NCBI GenBank assembly: GCA_900762355.1
Contig: CAAFGE010000018.1
Span: 20,030 to 84,029, forward strand
Origin: an uncultured Collinsella sp.
GTDB taxonomy: Bacteria; Actinomycetota; Coriobacteriia; Coriobacteriales; Coriobacteriaceae
Length of the DNA: 64,000 bases
Direction of reading: 5' to 3'
A program made the translations under genes and the position numbers. Within the stretch, counting starts at the first letter, position 1; each line of letters starts with the position of its first letter. This document shows, piece by piece, positions 41,023 through 52,633 of this stretch. The notes beneath the pieces are model-generated. The model worked only from the letters and a program-made list of their open reading frames with translations. It was not told where the DNA came from and ran no database searches.

Positions 41023-41477
41023 TAGAGGAGGTCGAGGGGAAGCTGGGGGGCGTCGCCCCAGAGTTTCTCGAGGCGATAGAAGTCGCGGGCTTCGGGAGTA
41101 AAGACGTGGACGACAACCGAGCCGTAGTCCATGAGCATCCAGGTCTTCTGCTCGCGGCCCTCGATGGAGAACGGATGCTCGCCGCAAGCCTCGGCGACCT
41201 TCTCCTCGATTTCGTCGACGATGGAATCGACCTGGCGGTTGTTGGTACCGGTGGCGAGCACAAAGTAATCGCACACATCGGAAAGCTCGGTCAGGTCGAG
41301 CACCTGCACGTCCTCGCCCTTCTTGTCGTAGGCGGCCTGCGCGGCGGCGCGGGCGACATCCTCGGCGGCGACACCGCTCGCGGACAGCGAGGCGGCAGTG
41401 CGGTCGGACGTGGCAACGAAGCTCTTGTGCTCCACACCTTCAAGAATCTGCTCGTCGGTCATGGTCTCGTCGGCCAT
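41022..41477 (-). CDS. rsfS: ribosome silencing factor RsfS (Iojap)
   Basis: 151 aa; DYFVLATGTNNRQVDSIVDEI matches the RsfS core. Confidence 0.9.
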   Translation of the reverse strand: MADETMTDEQILEGVEHKSFVATSDRTAASLSASGVAAEDVARAAAQAAYDKKGEDVQVLDLTELSDVCDYFVLATGTNNRQVDSIVDEIEEKVAEACGEHPFSIEGREQKTWMLMDYGSVVVHVFTPEARDFYRLEKLWGDAPQLPLDLL

Positions 41478-41505
41478 GGAATACCTCTTTCTAGACGCAC
41501 CCGAG

Positions 41506-42114
41506 CTAGCGCAGCTGGGCGTAATGGTTGTAAATCGAAATAGCCGTGGGATAAAGATAGCGCCCGGACTGGATCACATAGACCAGACCCTGCGCAAAAC
41601 AGGAGAAGAACAACTCGTCGAGCGAGGACTTCCCCACCATCTTGCGCAGCGCATGGGCATAATCGCCGTGGCGGTTGGGTTCGATGGCATCGGCCACAAA
41701 GACCACCATATCGAGCGGCGTCATGTCGCAAGCGCCCACGGTGTGACGGTCGACAGCCTGGAAAACGGCCGGCGACAGCTCGGGAAAAAGCTGCGGAAGC
41801 TCATAGGCGGCAACCGGGCCATGCAAAAGCGGCGTCGCGGCAGACGGAGAGCCGGCAATCTTAATGCCGTAATGCAGAGCGCGCGTGACCAGCTCGTCGT
41901 CGGAGAGCACCTTGTCCCAGTCATGGATCAGGCCGGCGGCAGCGGCATCAAAGCGGTCAACGCCGTAGACCTCGGCCAGATGAAGTGCGGTCTCGGCAAC
42001 ACCCAGCGAATGCACATAGCGCTTGCGCTTATCCTTCATGCGAACATCGAGCAGCTCTTGAATGCGCTTGAGCAGCGCGCGCTCATCGCCCTCAAACTGG
42101 TCCTCTACCGACAA
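41506..42114 (-). CDS. yqeK: HD-domain bis(5'-nucleosyl)-tetraphosphatase YqeK
   Basis: HSLGVAETALHLA...GLIHDWDK HD motif; sits downstream of nadD as in the nadD-yqeK-rsfS operon. Confidence 0.85.
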   Translation of the reverse strand: MSVEDQFEGDERALLKRIQELLDVRMKDKRKRYVHSLGVAETALHLAEVYGVDRFDAAAAGLIHDWDKVLSDDELVTRALHYGIKIAGSPSAATPLLHGPVAAYELPQLFPELSPAVFQAVDRHTVGACDMTPLDMVVFVADAIEPNRHGDYAHALRKMVGKSSLDELFFSCFAQGLVYVIQSGRYLYPTAISIYNHYAQLR

Positions 42115-42126
42115 CGTAGACCCCCA

Positions 42127-42804
42127 TCACTCAAAATCTTCTTGGCCCAAATCGGCATATAGCCTGCGTTTGCGAATGTAGCCGAGCACGGACTCGCTCG
42201 TAAGATAGCGCACGCTCATGCCGCGGGCAACTCGCTTACGAATGTTCGTCGAGCTGATCGCCAGCGCCGGAATCTGAATATAGCGCACGTCGAACGGCAG
42301 TCCCGACTCTTTGATTCGGGCACGCGCCGTATCGATATCAAAGCCCGGTCGCGTCGCAGCAATAAAGGTGGCAAGCTCAGCGATTCGTTCGGCATCATGC
42401 CAGGTCACAATATCGATAATCGCGTCGGCGCCCGTAATAAAGTAGAGCTTTACCTGCGGCGGGTAAAAGTCGCGAAGGGCATGAAGCGTATCGGCCGTAT
42501 AGGTTACGCCCGGACGGTCGATCTCGAACCGGCTCGCCAAAAAGGCCGGGTTCGCGGCGGTGGCGAGGACCGTCATGGCATAACGGTCCTCGGCAGGCGT
42601 CACCGGCTTGTCAAGCTTAAAGGCCGGCGTGCCCGCCGGCATAAAGAGCACGGCATCCAAGTCGAGGGACTCGCGCGCCTGCTCGGCGGTCACCAGGTGC
42701 CCGTAATGGATGGGATCAAAGGTGCCACCCATAATGCCAAGCCTAAACTCCTGCCCGTCCTCTAGAGGAAGCTCGGGCAGACCGATTCCACCGCGCAGCG
42801 ACAT
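42127..42804 (-). CDS. nadD: nicotinate-nucleotide adenylyltransferase
   Basis: GIMGGTFDPIHYGHL (H/T)xGH motif and ISSTNIRKR. Confidence 0.9.
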   Translation of the reverse strand: MSLRGGIGLPELPLEDGQEFRLGIMGGTFDPIHYGHLVTAEQARESLDLDAVLFMPAGTPAFKLDKPVTPAEDRYAMTVLATAANPAFLASRFEIDRPGVTYTADTLHALRDFYPPQVKLYFITGADAIIDIVTWHDAERIAELATFIAATRPGFDIDTARARIKESGLPFDVRYIQIPALAISSTNIRKRVARGMSVRYLTSESVLGYIRKRRLYADLGQEDFE

Positions 42805-42807
42805 GGC

Positions 42808-44286
<1,479 letters not shown>

Positions 44287-44358
44287 CTACAAAAAGAGGG
44301 AGACCCTTGAATCCTAAAACTCAAGTGCCTCCCACATATGTGCTCTATGAAGGGTGAA

Positions 44359-44616
44359 TTACGCGTTCGCGAGCGGGCGTACGCTGACCCTGTGCTTGAT
44401 ACCCTTGTGGAACTCAACGGTACCGTCGACCAGCGCGAACAGCGTGTCGTCCTTACCACGGCCAACGTTCTCACCCGGGTGGATGTGCGTGCCGTGCTGA
44501 CGGACGAGAATCGTGCCCGTGGTTACCGTCTGGCCGGCATAGCGCTTCGTGCCAAGGCGCTGACCGCGGGAGTCACGGCCATTACGGGAGGAACCGAGTC
44601 CTTTTTTGTGTGCCAT
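44359..44616 (-). CDS. rpmA: 50S ribosomal protein L27
   Basis: [25 protein letters not shown]. Confidence 0.95.
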   Translation of the reverse strand: MAHKKGLGSSRNGRDSRGQRLGTKRYAGQTVTTGTILVRQHGTHIHPGENVGRGKDDTLFALVDGTVEFHKGIKHRVSVRPLANA

Positions 44617-44649
44617 TGTGTATACCTACTCTTTCGTTACGAGTGTAAT

Positions 44650-45024
44650 CTACTCGGCGACGGGAGCCTCGGCAACAGCCTCGGCCTCTGCCTTGACAGC
44701 CTTCTTGGCGCGGGACGTAGCCTGGACCTTCACGATCTTCAGCTTGGTGAGCTGCTGACGGTGACCCTTCAGACGACGATAGCGCTTGCGCTTGTGGAAC
44801 TTGAAGACCAGCTGCTTCTCGCCCTTGAACTGCTCAACGATCTGAGCGGTAACCTTGGCCTTGGCCAGCTTGTCGGGATCGGTGACGATCTTCTTACCAT
44901 CGTTGAGGAAGATAACCGGCAGGGTGACCTTGTCGCCCTCATTGCCCTCGATCTTCTCGACGGTGATGACATCGTCGGTGGCGACCTTGTACTGCTTGCC
45001 GCCCGTGTTAACGATTGCGTACAT
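44650..45024 (-). CDS. rplU: 50S ribosomal protein L21 with Lys/Ala-rich C-terminal tail
   Basis: MYAIVNTGGKQYKV...; start at the internal ATG 45024 (ribosome-binding site GAAGGG). Confidence 0.9.
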   Translation of the reverse strand: MYAIVNTGGKQYKVATDDVITVEKIEGNEGDKVTLPVIFLNDGKKIVTDPDKLAKAKVTAQIVEQFKGEKQLVFKFHKRKRYRRLKGHRQQLTKLKIVKVQATSRAKKAVKAEAEAVAEAPVAE

Positions 45025-45091
45025 GTTTACTTGCCCTTCATGCATCAGTTAGTGCAACAGCCGAATATAGTAGCAGGCGATAATACCCCCG

Positions 45092-45904
45092 TCAACGAGT
45101 ATGTGGAGCAAATCCACAAGTTCGCACAGGTATGGGGCTGACGAGTCGGCCCTCGTCGTCCTCGCATGCTTGATTCTGACGCTCGACATCGTAGGAGCAG
45201 ATGGTCACGAGGTCTTGCATACCGGTGGAAACAATAGGTGCATCCACGCCCGGGGTCAAGCCCTGCAACAAAACATCAGCAGCGGAAAGCAAAATTTCCG
45301 GACGCATGGAGCCCTCGTTGTCGGCATGGGTGTCGAGCATGAGCATCAAATGGTCCGGGCGCTCCCCCGCCGTGAGCTCATAGCCCACGAGCGTGTGATC
45401 CAAATCCAATCGCTTGCTCTTTTTTCCGCGCGCGTAGTCGATGCCATGGTCCGCGCGCAGCGTGTCGATCGCACGACGCACCTCCTCGGCGCTTACGGGC
45501 GCCTCGGGATCTAAGTGCAGGTCGATGCGATACGACAGGCGCGTGAGCTGCGCCGTCAACGCCGGCGTGCGCACGTCGATGTACGCCGCCTCGATAGGCG
45601 CCAGATCGGCCGGAGACGCCACAGCCAGGCGCTCAAACGCCTCGTCGAGCGCCACGAACTCGGTCATAAACAGGTCATACCACTCGCAGGTCGACGACGT
45701 ACCAACCGGTAGCGCCGAAGAGAAGCCCACGCGCATGTGCGGAGAGAAGCCCTGCGTGACGGCATAGGGAAGTCCCGCACGGCGCACGATGCGCTCAATG
45801 GTATGGATCACTTCGAGATGGCCCAGGTACTTAAGGCGATCGCGCTTGCCATAGCGAACACGAAGCCTAAAGAGCGTGGGGTTGTCGGTCAGGCGTTCAC
45901 TCAT
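45092..45904 (-). CDS. TIGR03936-family (DUF2344) protein, partner of the TIGR03960 radical-SAM enzyme
   Basis: 270 aa; 4-nt start overlap with the upstream radical-SAM gene; the LKYLGHLEV... motif is typical of this family. Confidence 0.75.
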   Translation of the reverse strand: MSERLTDNPTLFRLRVRYGKRDRLKYLGHLEVIHTIERIVRRAGLPYAVTQGFSPHMRVGFSSALPVGTSSTCEWYDLFMTEFVALDEAFERLAVASPADLAPIEAAYIDVRTPALTAQLTRLSYRIDLHLDPEAPVSAEEVRRAIDTLRADHGIDYARGKKSKRLDLDHTLVGYELTAGERPDHLMLMLDTHADNEGSMRPEILLSAADVLLQGLTPGVDAPIVSTGMQDLVTICSYDVERQNQACEDDEGRLVSPIPVRTCGFAPHTR

Positions 45905-47778
45905 GCGCGATCACCCATCAATACATTCTTGGCGTGGAGCGTGGGGCAGATCCCGCAGCCGGTGCACGACGTGCGGGTGCAGTCGGGAGTCGTGACACCC
46001 TCGAGCGAGCGACGGTACTCGCGCTCGAGGAAGCCGCGCGTGCAGCCGGGACTCACATGCTCCCACGGCAGGCGCCAGTCCAACTCGTAGGGCAGGTGCA
46101 CGAGCTCATTGAGGTCGATGCCGTTTTTGGCAGCAGCCTCCTTCCAGTTCTCGAGCGAGAAATGCTCTACCCAAGCGTCAAAGCGAGAGCCCGCGCGCCA
46201 AGCATCGATGATGACGGGCGTCATGTCACGACCGGCGCGGGACAGCGCGGCCTCGATGAGCGAGGTCTCGGCATCGTGGTAATGCACGCGAACGGCACGG
46301 TTGCGAACGCTCGTGACAAGCAGCTTCTGGCGACGCTTGACGTCGTCGTAGTCGAGCTGCGGGCACCACTGGAACGGCGTGGCAGCCTTGGGGATAAAGA
46401 CCGAAACCGAGATGGACACCGAGATCGAGCCGCGACGAGCCTTGGGCACCACGGAACGACCGAGCTCCAGCACGTGATCGGCCAGATTGGCGATGGCCAC
46501 GATGTCCTCGTCGCGCTCGCCGGGAAGGCCCATCATAAAGTAGAGCTTCATGCGGTTCCAGCCGGCCTCGAAGGCCGCCTTGGCCGCACGGTCCAGGTCC
46601 TCTTCGGTCACGTTCTTGTTAATGATGTCGCGCATGCGCTGGCTGCCGGCCTCGGGCGCGAACGTCAGTCCGCCCTTCTTTTCGCCGGCGACCGACCCGG
46701 CCATATCCACGCCAAACGAATCCAGGCGCTGCGAGGGAATGGACACGCGAATGCCCGTATCTTCCAGACGGCGGTTCAGGCGACCGAGTACATCGCGGAT
46801 GCAGGAGTGATCGGTGGTCGAAAGCGAGGTCAGCGACACCTCGTCATAGCCGGTCTTTTCCAGACCCTGAATCACCGACGAGACGATCTGGTCGGCCGAG
46901 CGCTCGCGCACCGGGCGATACGTCATACCGGCCTGACAAAAACGACAGCCGCGGGCGCAGCCGCGCAGGATCTCGATAGACAGGCGGTCGTGAACCAGCT
47001 GTGCATAGGGCACGCACGACTGCGACAGCGGATTCGTGGCGCCGAAATCCTCGACGACGCGCTTGTAGACCACGGTCGGCGCATCCTTGCCCTCACGCGG
47101 CACGGTGTAGCCATGCGGCGAGCAGGGCTCGTCGTGACGAACCTCATAGAGCGACGGCACGTAGTTGCCGGCAATGGATGCAAGCTGCTCGACAATCTGC
47201 ACGCGCGGGACCCCTTCGTCACGCAGGCGGCGATGCAGCTGGCAGGTCTCGAGCAGCGATTCCTCGCCCTCACCGATGAGGATGGCATCGAAGAAGGCCG
47301 CGTACGGCTCGGGGTTGTACACCGAGGGGCCGCCGGCGATGATAATGGGGTCGTCCTCGGTGCGGTCAGCCGCTAACAGCGGAATACCAGCGAGGTCGAG
47401 TGCCTCGAGGAAGTTCGTCACCGCCATCTCGTGCGGCACATGCAGACCGACGATATCAAACGAAGCGACCGGCGCTGCACCCTCGAGCGACAGCAGCGGA
47501 ATACCCGCCTCGCGCATGGCATCACCCATATCGGGCCACGGCACATAGCCACGCTCGCAGGAGATGCCCTCGGCCTGGTTAAGGATGTTGTAGAGGATGG
47601 CGATGCCCTGGTTGGGCAGACCAACCTCGTACACATCCGGGTAGATCAGGCAGCAACGGTAGTCGGCATCGGCCTTGGAAAGCGTGCCCCACTCGTGATC
47701 GATATAGCGACTCGGCTTCTCGACCTTGGCGAGCAGCGGCTCAATTAAATGAAAACAATCTTGGTATGCAACGCGCAA
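45901..47778 (-). CDS. TIGR03960-family B12-binding-domain radical-SAM protein (function unknown)
   Basis: 625 aa; radical-SAM cluster CARGCRFC and an N-terminal B12-like domain. Confidence 0.85.
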   Translation of the reverse strand: MRVAYQDCFHLIEPLLAKVEKPSRYIDHEWGTLSKADADYRCCLIYPDVYEVGLPNQGIAILYNILNQAEGISCERGYVPWPDMGDAMREAGIPLLSLEGAAPVASFDIVGLHVPHEMAVTNFLEALDLAGIPLLAADRTEDDPIIIAGGPSVYNPEPYAAFFDAILIGEGEESLLETCQLHRRLRDEGVPRVQIVEQLASIAGNYVPSLYEVRHDEPCSPHGYTVPREGKDAPTVVYKRVVEDFGATNPLSQSCVPYAQLVHDRLSIEILRGCARGCRFCQAGMTYRPVRERSADQIVSSVIQGLEKTGYDEVSLTSLSTTDHSCIRDVLGRLNRRLEDTGIRVSIPSQRLDSFGVDMAGSVAGEKKGGLTFAPEAGSQRMRDIINKNVTEEDLDRAAKAAFEAGWNRMKLYFMMGLPGERDEDIVAIANLADHVLELGRSVVPKARRGSISVSISVSVFIPKAATPFQWCPQLDYDDVKRRQKLLVTSVRNRAVRVHYHDAETSLIEAALSRAGRDMTPVIIDAWRAGSRFDAWVEHFSLENWKEAAAKNGIDLNELVHLPYELDWRLPWEHVSPGCTRGFLEREYRRSLEGVTTPDCTRTSCTGCGICPTLHAKNVLMGDRA

Positions 47779-47788
47779 CGGAAAACCC

Positions 47789-48718
47789 CTAAGCAGCGAG
47801 ATCTGATGCGTCCTGATAGGACGCCATAGGACGGGTAGCGCCCGCGACCGTGGTCACCAGATCGCGAACGCGGGAGAACGTGGCAGTGACCACCTCGTTG
47901 GCACGGCTGTAGTCGACATCGCGCTCGTAGAGCGAAACGAGCGCACGGCCCATGCCATAGGTGCCCGCGGCGGCAGTGAGCGCCTTGACGGCAAACCCAA
48001 TATGCGGCGTCTGCTTGACGAGTGCGCGGGTGACCGCGCGGATCACAAGACCGCCGGCAAGCACGCCCGCGACCTCGTAGCCGCGCTCAGGCTTAATGCC
48101 GCGTCCAAAGACGGCAGCGAGCTCAAAGAGCATGCCCACCTGCGCCAGCGCCATAACGGGATAATCGGCGCCCGGCAAAAACGCCAGCGCACCGGTCGCC
48201 ATATTGGTGAGCGCGCACGAGGTGATGATACGGTTGGCCGCCGCGATGCGCATGAAGGCAAAGTTCGCCGCAAAAGCCGTTTCCTTGTCGGTGCGATCGA
48301 GAATCCAGCGGGCAAGCGTCTCGAGCAGATACGTCTTATCGGTTGCCGCTACCATGCCGAGCATGGGCGTGGACTCCTCGATAAACGGCACCTCCACAGC
48401 AGACTCGGCAAGCACGCACACGGGCGCGCCGGCGATCACGAGCTCCTGCACGGCACTCTCCAAGCGGTCGGAACCACACGAGAGCACCAGCACCACATCG
48501 GTATCGGTCTTTGGAGCAATTCGCTCCTCCCCCAGACGCTCGACGCGCACAATGCCCGAGGTCGTCTGCGGCACAAAGGCGTCTCGCACCGTCTCGGCCA
48601 GAAAGCGCGAGGCGGACGAATCCAGATAGACCGAGACGCGCACCGGCGTATCGGAATCCTTCTTAACGGACGCGCCCATCTTAAAAGCGCGGGTCAGCTT
48701 ATCTACGGGAATTTTCAT
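47789..48718 (-). CDS. hypothetical protein (309 aa, no recognised motif)
   Basis: Long ORF in the correct operon context with 10-18 bp gaps to its neighbours; Rossmann-like N-terminal half and Ala/Gly-rich C-terminal half; no confident family match from sequence alone. Confidence 0.5.
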   Translation of the reverse strand: MKIPVDKLTRAFKMGASVKKDSDTPVRVSVYLDSSASRFLAETVRDAFVPQTTSGIVRVERLGEERIAPKTDTDVVLVLSCGSDRLESAVQELVIAGAPVCVLAESAVEVPFIEESTPMLGMVAATDKTYLLETLARWILDRTDKETAFAANFAFMRIAAANRIITSCALTNMATGALAFLPGADYPVMALAQVGMLFELAAVFGRGIKPERGYEVAGVLAGGLVIRAVTRALVKQTPHIGFAVKALTAAAGTYGMGRALVSLYERDVDYSRANEVVTATFSRVRDLVTTVAGATRPMASYQDASDLAA

Positions 48719-48736
48719 AGCAAACCCCTCCAGCGG

Positions 48737-49963
48737 TTACGCGGCGCCCGAACGATGCCGCCATATGGATTGTACGATACCCACCGTCAGCAGCTGAATC
48801 ATCATCGAAGACGAACCGAAGCTAATAAACGGTAGCGGAATACCGGTAATCGGCATCATGCCGATGCACATGCCGATGTTTTCGAAGGTCTGGAACGCCC
48901 ACATGCCAACGATGCCCACACACGATAGGCGCAAGAACAGCGACTCGCACTTAAAGGCGACGCGAATCGTCGAAAAGATCAGCAGCACGTAGAGGCACAG
49001 GAGCAAAAAGGAACCGCAAAAGCCAAAGGTCTCGGACAGGAAGGCGAAGACGAAGTCGGTGTGGAACTCAGGCAGAAAGCCGCCGGCCGACTGCGTCGCA
49101 TGGCCTAAACCCTTACCAAAGAAGCCGCCCGAGCCAACGGCGATAAGCGACTGCTGCAGGTTGTAGGCATCGTCCGAATCGGCATTATCGGGGTCGATAA
49201 AGACCGTCAGGCGGTTCATCTGATACTGCTTGATGAGCACATCGTGGCCGAGCAACGAATCAAAGACCGAATCGAGCGCCAGAACGAGGGCCACCAGGCC
49301 CACAAGCAGGGCCAGGGTCGACAGCACCCATTCGCGGCGCGCACCGCTCATGCAGATGACGATGGCGCCCGAGACCAGCACGACCAGGCCCGAGCCCAGG
49401 TCGCCCATGGCGACGACGGCCAAAAACGGGATGGACAGCATGCCGCAGAGCTTGACGTAGTCGCGAACGGTATCGATGCGGCCGTTATACTGCGAGCCAA
49501 GCGTGGCAATAAAGAAGATGGTGATGAGCTTGGCAAGCTCGACCGGCTGGAATGTCAAGCCGATACCGGGAATCTTGATCCAGCCCGTCATGCCCAGACC
49601 GCCCGTATAGGACAGACCCGGAATCTTGGGCGAGAAGATCACGATCAGGTCGATGACGAGCAACGCCGTCGAGAAATTGGAAATACCGCGCAGGTCGGTA
49701 CGCCAGACCAGCACCGCCAGCAACGCCCCGATACCAATTCCCAGCAGATGGCGTGAGAACGAAGCATCGGCCTTAAACTGCGAAGCCGACCAGATGATGA
49801 TGGCACCGTAGGCGACGAGCGCCACAGTGGCCACGAGCACACCGATATGCACCTTTTGGCGAAACGTGCCGCGCGAGGCCGAAAGTTGCTTGTTGACACG
49901 GTCCAGGCTGGTGCGAGAACCGGTCTTGGTTGAACGGAACAGATCCGCCGGAGAAAAATCCAT
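48737..49963 (-). CDS. rodA: rod-shape-determining peptidoglycan glycosyltransferase RodA (SEDS family)
   Basis: 408 aa, about 10 TM segments, FtsW/RodA signature segments. Confidence 0.9.
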   Translation of the reverse strand: MDFSPADLFRSTKTGSRTSLDRVNKQLSASRGTFRQKVHIGVLVATVALVAYGAIIIWSASQFKADASFSRHLLGIGIGALLAVLVWRTDLRGISNFSTALLVIDLIVIFSPKIPGLSYTGGLGMTGWIKIPGIGLTFQPVELAKLITIFFIATLGSQYNGRIDTVRDYVKLCGMLSIPFLAVVAMGDLGSGLVVLVSGAIVICMSGARREWVLSTLALLVGLVALVLALDSVFDSLLGHDVLIKQYQMNRLTVFIDPDNADSDDAYNLQQSLIAVGSGGFFGKGLGHATQSAGGFLPEFHTDFVFAFLSETFGFCGSFLLLCLYVLLIFSTIRVAFKCESLFLRLSCVGIVGMWAFQTFENIGMCIGMMPITGIPLPFISFGSSSMMIQLLTVGIVQSIWRHRSGAA

Positions 49964-49972
49964 CGCAACCTC

Positions 49973-52042
49973 CTATCGAACCGAAGAATCGCCCGAGGCC
50001 GAAGAGGTATCGGGCTCGTCATAAATCACGCCAAGCACGTCGCGCACGACATGCATCGCGGTATCCGAGCCACCGCCGCCCTGTTCCAGGACAGTAGCGA
50101 TGACATACTTGGGATCATCGGCCGGTGCATAGGCGCAGAACCACGCGTATTCGTCCTCGCCGCTTTTCTCGCCCGTGCCCGACTTGCCGTATACCTGCGG
50201 CGTCAGGGTACCAAAGTGAGCCGCCAGGGACGTCGATGCCGTGTAAATCACGTCGTGCATGCCGTTGCGAACGAGAGCCAAATCCGAATCGCTGTTGATC
50301 TTGGCCTCCAGACGCTTCTTCTTGCCCTTGCCATTGTACTTATAGGCATCGCCGTCGCCATCGCGCGACACGGCAGACAAAAACACGTGGGGCACGTACT
50401 GTTTGCCGCCGTTGGCAAGACCCATATAGGCGCACGCCATCTGCAGGGGCGTCACCAGGATGTCGCCCTGGCCGATGGCAATGTTCGTCATATCACCGGC
50501 ATTCCACTTGCGGTCCTCGGCAGAGGCGTCGGTGAAGTACGACTCTTTCCACTCGGCATCGGGAATACGACCCGCGCCCTCACTCGGCAGATCGATACCG
50601 CAGGTCTTGCCTAGACCCCAGCGACGAAAGACCTCCTGCAGGCCCTCGGGATGTTGCTCGTCATAAAAGAATGCCTTACCCATGTCGTAGAAGACGGGGT
50701 CGCACGAGTTGGCGATTCCCGACTGCAGCGTCATGGTGCCGTGGCCGGAATGCAGCCAGCAGTACTTGCCCCACGACTTGCCCAGACCCGTCCAATAGCC
50801 CGTGCAGTTGGTCGTCTGCCCCGACGTGTAGGTTCCAAACTCAAGACCGGCCAGTGCCGAGAGCGGCTTGATGGTCGAAGCCGACATGTACTGTCCGCTA
50901 ATGGCGCGGTTGAGCAGCGGGTGCGAACCCTTGTCATCATTGAGCTCGGTCCACACGTCATTTGAGACGCCGCCGATAAAGACGGAAGGATCGAACTTGG
51001 GCTCGCTCGCCATGCCCAGGATCTCGCCATTGTTGGGATCGAGACACACCACAGCGCCGTTGCCGGCATTGCTGTAGCCAGTGGTCTTGGCAAGCTCGAT
51101 GGCGCTCGCCAGCGCCGTCTCACAGGCCTGTTGGATCTTAAGGTCGAGCGTGAGCTTAATGTCGGAGCCGGCCTTGGCGGGCACGGCGCCGGCCTGACCG
51201 GTCACATTGCCCGAGGCATCGACCTTGACGGTCTGCTCGCCACGAATACCCTGCAGCAGGTTTTCGTAGTAGCTCTCAACACCCGCCTGGCCCACGATAT
51301 CGCCCGACTGGTACGTAATCCGGCCAGCAGAAGCATCATCATCGCCAGAGGTTTTCTTATTCTGGGCCTCGAGCTGCTCGGAGGTAATGGTGCCGGTATA
51401 GCCCAAGATATGGCATGCCGTCTCGCCATATGGATACTGGCGCTCGGTACGCTCGGCAATCTTGACGCCCGGGAACTCGCCGGCGTGCTCCTGAATATAG
51501 GCAACCGTGGAGCGACGGACGTCCGTCGCGATGGTATGCAGGCTCTGAGCGCCCTCGGAATTGTCCTGAATATTGCGCAGAACCGCCACGTAGGGCATAC
51601 CGAGCACGTTGGCAAGATGGCGAACCAGAACCTCATCCTCGGCAAGGTCGCGGTAGGCCACGACAGCAAGTGAGGGACGGTTCTGGACAAGTGCCACGCC
51701 ATTGCGGTCGAGGATGCGGCCGCGCACAGCGGGTGTGGTAACGGTGCGCGTCTGATTGCTAGTAGCCTGCTTTTCGTAATAGTCCGACGAGACCATCTGC
51801 ATGCCCCACAGCTTGACGGCAAGCGCCGCGAACATCGCGCCCACACCCGTGGTGAGGATGGAGAAGCGGCCCTTAAAGGCGGTCGCCGCGGTATTGCCCT
51901 CGCCCTCGGTGGCGCGCGGGGCCGTCCCATGCTGCGTATCGTAGGTAAAACGAGAATCGCCGCGACGCATGATGACCAGTGCGACCACGATGGCCACAAC
52001 CAGCACGATACCGGCGATAATAACCGTCATCTGGGAAGACAT
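49973..52042 (-). CDS. mrdA: penicillin-binding protein 2 (elongasome transpeptidase)
   Basis: 689 aa; N-terminal TM, dimerisation domain, transpeptidase motifs STIK / SGN / KSGT. Confidence 0.9.
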   Translation of the reverse strand: MSSQMTVIIAGIVLVVAIVVALVIMRRGDSRFTYDTQHGTAPRATEGEGNTAATAFKGRFSILTTGVGAMFAALAVKLWGMQMVSSDYYEKQATSNQTRTVTTPAVRGRILDRNGVALVQNRPSLAVVAYRDLAEDEVLVRHLANVLGMPYVAVLRNIQDNSEGAQSLHTIATDVRRSTVAYIQEHAGEFPGVKIAERTERQYPYGETACHILGYTGTITSEQLEAQNKKTSGDDDASAGRITYQSGDIVGQAGVESYYENLLQGIRGEQTVKVDASGNVTGQAGAVPAKAGSDIKLTLDLKIQQACETALASAIELAKTTGYSNAGNGAVVCLDPNNGEILGMASEPKFDPSVFIGGVSNDVWTELNDDKGSHPLLNRAISGQYMSASTIKPLSALAGLEFGTYTSGQTTNCTGYWTGLGKSWGKYCWLHSGHGTMTLQSGIANSCDPVFYDMGKAFFYDEQHPEGLQEVFRRWGLGKTCGIDLPSEGAGRIPDAEWKESYFTDASAEDRKWNAGDMTNIAIGQGDILVTPLQMACAYMGLANGGKQYVPHVFLSAVSRDGDGDAYKYNGKGKKKRLEAKINSDSDLALVRNGMHDVIYTASTSLAAHFGTLTPQVYGKSGTGEKSGEDEYAWFCAYAPADDPKYVIATVLEQGGGGSDTAMHVVRDVLGVIYDEPDTSSASGDSSVR

Positions 52043-52055
52043 CTACGAGCCTCCC

Positions 52056-52628
52056 CTATTTGAGCTTACGGGTCTTGGGCTTAAAGCGCATGCCCGTCTG
52101 GCGTCCGCCACGTGCGGAGAATCCATAACCGGACTGCGGCACGACGCCGGACATCAAAAACGGAATGGCAACCAGACCCGTCAGGATCGAAGACGGCAGC
52201 GCATGGCCGAAGATCGCCACGACAAAGCTCGTCTCCAAACCCATAAACAGCAAGATGATGCTGTAGATCACATTAATGACGAACGCGAAGGCGCCCACCG
52301 TGATGCCGCGCGCACTCGGGGCACCGCCCGTCTGACCGGCAGCGCTATGCACCAGGGCAAAAGAACCCACGGTCAGCAGGAGCGACATAACGCCCACCGG
52401 CACGGCAGCGGAAAGGTCATAGAACAAGCCGCTGCAAAAACCGCACACGACGACACGGGTCGGGTCGCCCGAGAACACGCTTAGGCACACCAGGATAATC
52501 ATAAAGTTGACGCGACCGCCCGCAATGGAGATCTGCGGTGCCAGGCCTGCCTGCAGCAGCACGCACACAATGGCGGCGATTACAAACGTGCGGGAGCTCA
52601 TCCCCTGCTCGTGTAGATCCATGGACAT
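52056..52628 (-). CDS. mreD: rod shape-determining protein MreD
   Basis: Small polytopic membrane protein directly downstream of mreC; call rests on context and hydrophobicity. Confidence 0.7.
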   Translation of the reverse strand: MSMDLHEQGMSSRTFVIAAIVCVLLQAGLAPQISIAGGRVNFMIILVCLSVFSGDPTRVVVCGFCSGLFYDLSAAVPVGVMSLLLTVGSFALVHSAAGQTGGAPSARGITVGAFAFVINVIYSIILLFMGLETSFVVAIFGHALPSSILTGLVAIPFLMSGVVPQSGYGFSARGGRQTGMRFKPKTRKLK

Positions 52629-52633
52629 GCCCC

